A stretch of 64,000 nucleotides of DNA from Octopus vulgaris (Eukaryota), in the NCBI GenBank assembly GCA_951406725.2, contig OX597822.1, positions 76,570,001-76,634,000 of the forward strand, given 5' to 3'. The notes beneath the pieces are model-generated. The model ran no database searches and was not told the DNA's origin. It saw nothing but the letters and a program-made list of their open reading frames with translations. A program made the translations under genes and the position numbers. This document shows positions 54,256-64,000 of the stretch, one piece after another (position 1 is the first letter of the stretch; each line of letters begins with the position of its first letter).

Positions 54256-55471
54256 GATTTATATACATACTTTTAATGTTTAACTGATTCCAGTCATTGA
54301 ACTGTGGCCATGGGGAGGCACAACCTTGAAGAATTTAGTCAAACAAACCAACCCCATCACTTTTTTTCTTTAAATTCTATAATTAGTCACCATGCCTGAT
54401 ATGAATAGACAATTTTGAAGCAGACTGGCATATTCTGCAGCAGCCTAGCATATATTTAAGTGACTTTAGGATGACAGAAAGCAAAGATGAATTTGACAGG
54501 CAGTGAGATTTGTTCCAAGAATTTTACAAATCTAAACTCTGCAAACCATTAAATCTGGAACCGTTTCTGGCACTGCCCATAGGTATAGGTATACAATATC
54601 AAATAAAATGCTATTAGAATTATAATTTTAATTATTATTCAAATATATTTATTAAGATAATTCAATGAAATGATAAAATATGTCTCAGTAATGAATATAT
54701 TGTGAAATATGAATAAATGAGTTTTCCTCATACACACATGCATGCATGCATACATACATACATAGTTTAAAGACACACGTTGTTATTGTTTTGTAATTTG
54801 TATTTGTGTACCATTTCTCTGGGGTTTTTTTCCTCCGTCCTTTTTTTTCATATACATTCCCCGCTTTCTTCCAAGGAATCTAGGGCGCTTAGCTTAGTTT
54901 TTCCTTGGGGTTGGCCAGATTGGAGCAGTCTCGAGTATAACTATCTGAAATGGCAAAGATAATCTGGAACTCGACTGAGGAAAGAAAATGACCCGTCCTT
55001 ATTTTCTTTGTATCATCTGTCTGTATGTTTTACGTTCTTGTCCCATTTCTGTATTTTTTATATATAAAAATATAGCAGTGTACGTACACTTTGGTCTATA
55101 TATATGTGTGTGTGTGTGTGTGTGTAACAAAAGATTAGGGTTCAAGTAAGCCAGGCACATAAATGGTAAGGCACCAGGTCAGGTCAAAATTAAAATACAC
55201 ACACAAAGATATACGAATACATACACAGGTACTGAAGTACAGACTGAAAGATATTCTGGTTGTTCTATGACAAACAAAGTGCATAGAATCATGAAGGTGC
55301 ATATGCTGCAGATTTTTTTCTATGTTTCTAACTGTTGTGGTTCATGTATTTACCTGACGGAAATGGGATTTTTCTATTGATGCAATGTCTCCATCAATCA
55401 ATTAAAAATTTGTCGGAAACAGCTGTAGTGAATTGACACATTATCCATCGGTCGTTATTGACATATATACA

Positions 55472-55855
55472 TGACTCTACTCCCTGGAGTAAAGACAGGA
55501 GAGGTACACTGTGATATATGTGTGGAAGATACTGGAGGGGCTGGCACCAAATTTTGGAATTGAGAGTTATACCAGACCTCGAATTGGACATCACTGTTCC
55601 AAAAGTCCCAGCTGTCTCATCTAAGGTGAGGACTATGTAATGCAATAACTTAGGATCCAAGGGCCTACAGCTATTTAATCATTGTCAAAATATTTGAGGG
55701 ATCTCCATCAAGTGGGGGTAGATGTTTTCAAGAAACAACTTGACCTCTTGCTATCCACGATCCCAAATGAACCAACATCAAGGACTATAAAGCAATAACA
55801 CTGGTGGTGCTCCAGCATGGCCACAGCCTCAAGGCTGAAACATAAAAATATAAAG
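55472..55855 (+). mobile_element. CR1/L2-group LINE ORF2 C-terminus and 3' tail
   Basis: LYSLE*RQERYTVIYVWKILEGLAPNFGIESYTRPRIGHHC...LFN..KYLRDLHQVGVDVFKKQLDLLLSTIPNEP, then tail GGTGGTGCTCCAGCATGGCCACAG..CTGAAACA. Confidence 0.85.
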
Positions 55856-56239
55856 GAATTCTTTCTCCCCACTCAACCTGCATAGCAGTCTTACAAAGGA
55901 GCTGATCATGAGGCCAGATGGCTGATCAAATGGCAGTGAAGTTTCCTTCACAACCAGGAAGTCCTGGGTATGACCTCATTGCATGAAATTTTATGCTAAT
56001 ATAATTTCCTATAACCTTGGATCAATCCATACCTTGTGAGTGAAGTTAGCTAAAAAGAAACTGCACTGAAGCCCACTGGATAGATAATATCTTTATTTCA
56101 AAATGTACAGCTTTCTAGCATTGCATGTCAAGCTGATTCTGCTTGAGGATTACCTTATGGGTAGACATACTTGTTGAAAGCTTGGCCTCTTACATGTTAA
56201 TTTAGGAGCAGGTAACTTAAACAAAATTAGTCAAATACA

Positions 56240-56660
56240 CAGGTGTGACTGTATGGTAAGAAGTTTGCTTCCTAACCACATGGTTCTGAGTTCAGTACTG
56301 GTGTTTGGCATCTTGGGCAAAAGTCTTCTACTATAGCTTTGGGCCGATCAAAGTCTTGCGAAAGGATTTGGTAGATGGAAACTGAAAGAAGCCTGCCTCA
56401 CATATGTGTGTGTCTGTGTGTGCATGTGTGTGTTTGTGTGTGTGACTTTGTGCCTGTGTCTGTTCTCCCACTCCCCTCTGCTTCACAATCGGTTTTGGTG
56501 TGTTTAAATCCTTCTAACTTAGCGGGTTGGCTAAAGAGACTGATGAAATAAGTAACAAGCTTAAAAATGTACTGGGATCGATTTATTCGACAAAAAACTT
56601 GTTGAATGTGATGCTCCAGCATGGCCTCAGTCGAATTACTGAAACAAATAAAGGATAGAA
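56240..56660 (+). mobile_element. SINE family 1 (older copy)
   Basis: Head, core and tail. Confidence 0.8.
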
Positions 56661-57591
56661 AAAGAAAGCAAAGATAAACAACGAAATGACCGATCACTCA
56701 TTGTTGAATGACAGAAATCCAATTGTGTGGTCACTTTAGGAATGTCTTAAAAAGAAGCTTTGAGGAAACAGAGTTCTTGTGAGTGTTTTGGTAGACCGAA
56801 ACTGAAAGAAGCTATTCGTGTGTACATGCGTGTGTGTGTGTGTCTGTGTGTGTATGTTTTTATCTTGACATCATGTGGTGGTTGTGAATGAGCATCTTTG
56901 TCATACAACTGATGCTGTTTATTTCCAAATTCTCCATGGACAACATGTCTAGCCATAAGAAAATATTACCTTCCTTGGAAACAGGTGAAGATCAGTGACA
57001 GGAAGGGCACCATAGAAATGCTACCACTCACACACACACACACAGACACACATTAAAAATATATGTAAATGTAAGAAACAAAAAAAAAACAAAAGCAAAA
57101 AAACACAACAGAGGAGAACCAAGTTTTAACAATGTCCCTTCTGCTTTATCTTTTTTTCTTTTTCTTATGTTCATTACACATACAGCATATGTGTGTGTAT
57201 GTATGGGTGTGTCTGAATAAATATATGTATGTGTATATATATATACATGTGTACACCCCTTAGAGTTTGGGAACGTATATGTGCATGTGTGAGTATGTAT
57301 GTATATGTGTGTGTGTATGTATGTCTATGTATATATCTATGTGTGCCTGTGTATATATATATGTGTGTGTGTGTGTGTATGTATATATGTGTGTGTGTGT
57401 CTGTTTGTCTATGTATATATCTATGTGTGTCTCTATATATAATATATATGTATGTATATATATGTACATGTGTATTTGTGTGTGTAAGTGTGTATGTATA
57501 TTTATATATATGTACATATATGTATGTGTATATACATACACATGTACATATCTTTGTGTTTATGAGCATATATGTGCATCTGTGAGTATGT

Positions 57592-57658
<67 letters not shown>

Positions 57659-58218
57659 CGTATGTTTGTGTCTGTACATGTGTATAGTAGTGTATATGTG
57701 TATTTGTGTAAGTGTATATGTATATATATATATGTATGTCTTCACATGTGTGTATGTATGTATGTATGTATGTATGTATGTATGTATGTATGTGTCTGTA
57801 CATGTGTATAGTAGTGTATACACAGATAGAAAGATTTAAATGAATAATGATGCTGGTGCTGATGCTGGTGGAGAGTCTAATTGGATTATAAACCACCAAA
57901 CTAAATAAACAAAAAAAAAATCTTAAAGAGGTGTTCTTGCATAAAGAAGAATCTCAACTTAACAGACAGCACAAAATAAATACACAGTTGATTTCTTCCC
58001 ATTAAAGATATTTCCTACAGTTTTATTCTATGCCAGACTCCAATTACCATTTCTCTCTCTCATCTGGAAGTCTGATTACTGTTTTATAATCTGTTAAGAT
58101 TCTTTTACAATACAGACCCACTTGCTTAAATTCAGATTTGTTGAAAAAGGAAATAGTCTTTACGCCTTGTTCTTTTTTCTTTTCTTAATATGACCTTTGC
58201 TTTATATTATCATCATAT

Positions 58219-58277
<59 letters not shown>

Positions 58278-59497
58278 TTAGATTCCCAGATTTATCGAAA
58301 AATATAAAAAATTGAAAATAATTCAGTACAAGAATAAAATAAAATATATCGTAAGAAATATAAATATATATAAAAAAAATAATTGTGATAGGTGAAGAAT
58401 ATATATTAAAAAAATATCTTTGTTTTGCACAGACTGTAAGCAAATGAAATATATTTCTGTAATAACTTCTTTTTTTTCTTCTCTTTCTTATAGTGTTTTC
58501 TTTTTTTTCTTTTAATTTATTTTTGTTTTGCCGTTTTTCTTTCTTTCATGTGGCATTCTACTGAATAAATATTTGTCAAGTGAATGATAAATATTCTTGG
58601 TGAATGCTGACCAATCAAATCGATAATTCTGGTTTGCCAGTTTGTGGGAGATTTCTATAAAATATGGAAGGTTAAATGTAGCTCAAAAAAATCTTTGCAT
58701 TCCATGATAACCCAGATTTGATTGACATTTGGCAATCCAACTGCAAGATAACGATCTCAGGTTTGGAGCTGCATAAACATCACAATTTCCCATTTCCTGA
58801 ATGCCATTTCATCACACTCCATCCTTAACACACCCACACACAAGTATTAAAACTAGGCTGCGAAAGGAAAGAACAAGCTCAAATGATATGGAATCCATGA
58901 CCGACATTACAGGCAACCTGCCTAAGAGAATAGTAACTCCCAAAGGAAGAAAACATGAATAAATGAACCAATAAAGGATAGAAAAGACACTTCGGGTTTT
59001 TCTTGCTGACAAAAACGTTTTTAGAAATATTATTATAGAACGTGGCAGAAAATAGTGCAAATGAAATTCATTGATTACAATTTTTTTATTTATGCGCCCT
59101 TTTCAAGTCTAGCCTAGTTCATGGGCCCGGTTTCCCGGTTTCTGTGGCGTATGTGTTCCCCCCAGCTGGACGGGATGCCAGTCCATCACAGCATTACTCA
59201 AGAAACAGGAAGAAAGAGTGAAAGAATGTCGGGGCGAAAGAATACAACAGGGGTCGCCACCACCCCCTGCCAGAGCCTCGTGGAGCTTTAGGTGATTTTG
59301 CTCAATAAACACACAACGCCCAGTCCTGAAATCGAAATCATGATTCTTCGACTGCAAGTCTGCTGCCCTAACTACTGGGCCATTGCACCTCCATTGATTA
59401 CAGTTACTTGTAGAAAAATGAAAATCTATGGCAGCAGTTCCAATGCAGTCTGGCTGCAGTGGTAGCAGACTCAGTATCTCCATCACTGCTATCCTCG

Positions 59498-59985
59498 AGG
59501 CAGTGAGCTGGCAGAATTGTTAGCACGCCGGGCGAAATGCTTAACGGTATTTTGCTTGCCTCTATGTTCTGAGTTCAAATTCTGCTGAGGTTGACTTTGC
59601 CTTTCATCCTTTCCAAGTCAATAAATTAAGTACCTGTTGCGTACTGAGGTCTATCTAATTGACTGGCCCCCCCTCCCCCAAAATATCGGGCCTTGTGCCC
59701 AGAGTAGAAAAGAATGTTGAAAGGCGGCGAGCTAGCAGAATGGTTAGCACACTGGGCAAAATGCTTAAAGGTATTTCATCCGTCTTTACATTCTCAGTTC
59801 AAATTCTGCTGAGGTCGACTTTGCCTTTCATCCTTTCTGGGTCATTAATGCTGCTGAGGTTAACTTTGCCTTTCATCCCTTCCAGGCCGATAAATTAAGT
59901 ACCAGTTGCGTATTGAGATCGATCTAATCCACTGGCTCCCTTCCCCAAAATTTCAGGCATTGTGTCTATAGTAGAAAGGATTATT
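59498..59985 (+). mobile_element. Tandem SINE family 2 copies with an internal duplication
   Basis: Heads at about 59498 and 59720; the central domain occurs three times. Confidence 0.85.
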
Positions 59986-60005
59986 GCTATCCTCCGCCTC
60001 CACCA

Positions 60006-60038
<33 letters not shown>

Positions 60039-60336
60039 GCTACTGCTACTACTTCTCTTTCTCATCATCATCATCATCTACATTGTCATTGTCATCATCA
60101 TCAACCATCCATTCATTTCCCTCCTATGTTTGTATGGGGACAGACAGGTCTCAAAGTGTCACATCAATTCTTACAGTATGGGCACAAGTAGTTGACCATG
60201 TTGCTGGCATGACAACCGCTTGTAATGCTGGTGACATGCTTGTATACATCCAGTCTGTACTGTAGAAACTGATCGAACACGCTGAGAGCTGTCTATCTCA
60301 TACAAACATGAGGAAACAAATGGAAATAAGATGATT

Positions 60337-60369
<33 letters not shown>

Positions 60370-60683
60370 CAGACACTGTTGCCACTACTGCCATGGCCAC
60401 CACTGACTACAAAGTCACTGTCATCTCCCGCTACATCAGTTCTGTCATCTCTGATTTCCATTCTTTCGCAAGCCATTCTTTTAATCACTGATTTTGCTTT
60501 TACCATTTTCTGTCATGATTTATCAAAGCATTTCTCAAACAATTCTGCTTTTTTTCTCTTTTTTATTTTATCTTATTTGTTTGTTTGTTTGTTTTTGTAT
60601 TTACACTCTTGCATAAACACTATTCCAGTTCCTTTCTCATCCCACATCATCATCATCATACATCCGTTGTTTTCCATGCATGC

Positions 60684-61082
60684 ATTAGGTCTCTCGTGAG
60701 CCCTAAGTCTGGACTCTTATAAACCCTAAAATTAGGTCTCTTTTGAACCCTAAGACTGGACTCTTCTAAACCCTAAAATTAGGTCTCTTGTGATCCCTAA
60801 GACTGGACTCTTCTAAATCCTATAATTAGGTCTCTTTTGAACCCTAAGACTGGACTCTTGTAAACCCTAAAATTAGGTCTCTTGTGAGCCCTAAGACTGG
60901 ACTCTTGTAAATCCTAAAATTAGGTCTCTTGTGAGTCCTTAAGACTGGACTCTTTTAAACCCTAAAATTAGGTCTCTTGTCAGCCCTAAGACTGGACTCT
61001 TGTAAATCCTAAAATTAGGTCTCTTGTGAGCCCTAAGACTGGACTCTTGTGAACCCTAAAATTAGGTCTCTTGTGAGCCCTG
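60684..61082. repeat. 47-bp minisatellite, about 8.5 units
   Basis: TTAGGT starts at 60685, 60732, 60779, 60826, 60873, 60920, 60968, 61015 and 61062. Unit ATTAGGTCTCTTGTGAGCCCTAAGACTGGACTCTTGTAAACCCTAAA. Confidence 0.95.
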
Positions 61083-61858
61083 AGACTCATAAGAATGGAG
61101 CTTGACATGGCTTTCATGTCATAAAAGTGACTCAGATTGCAACACTCCACATGAACAGAATGTTGGTCAGTCGCAGGTTTAACTTCTTGGCTTTTGTTGG
61201 ACCTCATTTACAGCTGAGTGGACTGGAGCAACATGAAAGGAAGTGGTTTGTGCCAGAACATCATGGACTACTCAGTCTGGGAATTGAAACCATGATTTTA
61301 TGATCATGAGTGTAACACCCTAACCACTAGGCCACAGATCATAATCATCATCATCATCATCATTTAATGTCGGTTGTCCATGCTGGCATGAGTTGGATGG
61401 TTTGATTGGGCTGGCATGCTGGAAGGCTCCGTCAGACTCTAGTCATATTTGGCATGGTTTTCTATGGATGGATGCCTTTCCTAATGCCAACCACTCCGAG
61501 AGTGTAATGGGTGTTTTTATGCGCAATGTGCATGACACCAGTATCTGCCAGAACTGCAATTTTGCTCAGCTTGATGGGCCTTCTTCTCAAGCACAACATA
61601 ATGTCAATGGTCTTGGCTGTTGCCTCTGTGAGGCCCAATGCTCGGTGGTTAAATCAATATAAAGCTGATAAGGATAGTGCTTTGTAATAGGCTTTGTTAC
61701 ATAACAGAAAACAATTTCTTTTGGGTGGTGGTGGTACCATGCAAAAAGTGCCCACTGGACTCTGTGAAGTGATTGATATTAGGAAAGGCATCCAGTTACA
61801 GATACCATGACAAAACAGACAATTGGAACCTGGTGTGCCTTCCAGCCTTACCAACTCT

Positions 61859-62013
61859 TGTCAAGCTCCATTCTTTATGAGTCTCAGGGCTCACAAGAGA
61901 CCTAATTTTAGGGTTTACAAGAGTTCAGATTTAGGGCTCACAAGAGACCTAATTTTAGGGTTCACAAAAGTCCAGACTTAGGGCTCACAAGAGACTTAAT
62001 TTTAGGGTTCACA

Positions 62014-62015
<2 letters not shown>
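61859..62015. repeat. Inverted copy of the 47-bp array end (about 2.7 units plus about 27 bp of unique flank)
   Basis: The reverse complement matches about 60955-61107, including tgagactcataagaatggagcttgaca. Confidence 0.92.
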
Positions 62016-62044
<29 letters not shown>

Positions 62045-62959
62045 TAGATATGTGTGTATATATGAGCATTCCATGGCAGAAGTGTCTAGGTTCCCTCCCT
62101 GCAGGTGATGAGGATTGGCAAGCAAGAGTGCTGTGCTGGTTCCATGCTAAAAGCATCCAGCACATTTTGCAAAGTGGTCAGTATTGGGAAGGGCATCCAG
62201 CTATAGTAGCTTAGCCAAAACAGCCTGGAGCCCGGTGCAGCTTTCTGGTATGCCAGCTCTGGCCAAACTATCCAACCCATACCAGGAAGGGAAACAGATG
62301 TAAAAGGAAAATGACCACAACAATGACGACGACGATGATGATGATATATATGAGTATATATATATATATATACACCTACATGTATGTATATGTACAGCTG
62401 TGCAAACATAAACTTACAAATAGATTGATATAAAATTTGCAAACTTGTGTTTAAATACATGCATGGACATGCCATGCAGACTTAATGAGAGAGACACTGA
62501 TTCATGCATGTAGGGCGTAACACATTTAAACAAAAGTATTCCATGCATACATGTGCATACACACAAATACCATCTTGCACATTCTCTTTCTCTCTCTCTC
62601 TTTTTCTCTTTATCTCATTGTCTCTTGTACACACGCACATACACACATGCAAATATGCCCGTATACTAAAGAAGGAAAAGCTTCATTGAACATATAACTC
62701 AAATATTCTCTTCTATACAAATGAACATATTCATACTTACACACACATATATAGACACACATACACACACACACACGCACACACATACATACAGAAACTG
62801 AGAGAGAAGGAAAGAGAAAGTGGGCGAGAGAGACAGATGTATATTCATATACTGATATATATGATCATATATATATATATGTATATATGTATATATACAC
62901 ACATACACACACACACATATATATATACATATATATATGTTTATATACATACACACACA

Positions 62960-62994
<35 letters not shown>

Positions 62995-63066
62995 ATGTAT
63001 ATATACATATATACATACACACATATATGTATATATACATACACACATATATATATGCATATACAT

Positions 63067-63155
<89 letters not shown>

Positions 63156-63518
63156 AACATGTGTGTGTGTGTGCAAATCTGAAATATATTCAAATGCATA
63201 ACTATATCAACATATATGAAGATTAGAGATTGAAATTCTCATCAATATACCACACACACACACACACATTCACACATTAGAGTTTCTTGTTGCTTCAAAG
63301 ACACCTGTCAAATTTTCACTTCCTTGACTTGTTAATAAGAAAAAGGAAATTCCAAGAACATCATTTCAATAGACTTGCCAAATTCATGGCGCCAGCAAAT
63401 CCCCAAACTGCATCATATCTAACTGAATTATGTAATTCATTATTCTTTGACCAACTTCCAGAAGTTTAAAGTTTTACATTATATACACACACATATATAT
63501 ATATATTTACACAGACAC

Positions 63519-63569
<51 letters not shown>

Positions 63570-63574
63570 CATAT

Positions 63575-63611
<37 letters not shown>

Positions 63612-64000
63612 CATATTTATTTATTTGCTGTCTTTAGATAATTTTTCTTATATTTTATAATTTAAAAAATTTTTCATTTTTTTTTCTCTCCGAACAAATT
63701 AATTTCTCTAGAGTTCTTATTGTTGTTGGCAGTCATCAAACTTGGCTAAATATATTTTTCTTCCCTAGGCACAAGGCCCAAAATTTTGGGGGAGGGGTCC
63801 AGTCGATTCGATTAACCCCAGTATGCAACTGATATATAATTTATTGACCCCAATAGGATGAAAGACAAAGTTAACCTCGGCGGAATTTGAACTCAGAACA
63901 TAAAGATAGACGAAATACCACTAAGCATTTTGCCCAGCATGTTCACAATTCTGCCAGCTTGCTGCCTTAAACTTGGCTAAATATACCCTGGATGTGTTGT

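Noticed and set aside
60684-61082. CRISPR-like regular repeats
   Set aside because: The units are contiguous with no unique spacers, the context is eukaryotic, and no cas genes are present.

Overview
AT-rich eukaryotic DNA saturated with microsatellites. The SINE families and repeat style point to a coleoid cephalopod, most likely Octopus; this is inference, not a database match. Only one credible protein-coding exon is visible: a 114-bp phase 1-1 EGF-like module at 40090-40203 (+), so the window is probably intronic sequence of one large EGF-repeat gene. The rest is tRNA-derived SINEs (at least four families), decayed LINE ends (RTE, CR1/L2-like, R4/Dong-like), a decayed mariner, MITEs, and decayed Penelope-like element (PLE) RT and GIY-YIG remnants. 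The most notable signal is a set of unrelated short, non-coding fold-back elements with a one-sided 3' tail. Several carry minimal type-I hammerhead ribozyme cores (CTGANGA...GAAA with a palindromic stem III). One family also carries a tRNA-like A/B-box module upstream of the hammerhead and has 10-12 bp TSDs, which suggests a Pol III-driven, ribozyme-bearing, PLE-mobilised SINE. Nearly all ORFs in the supplied track are microsatellite artefacts. Repeat boundaries are approximate because they were read by eye.
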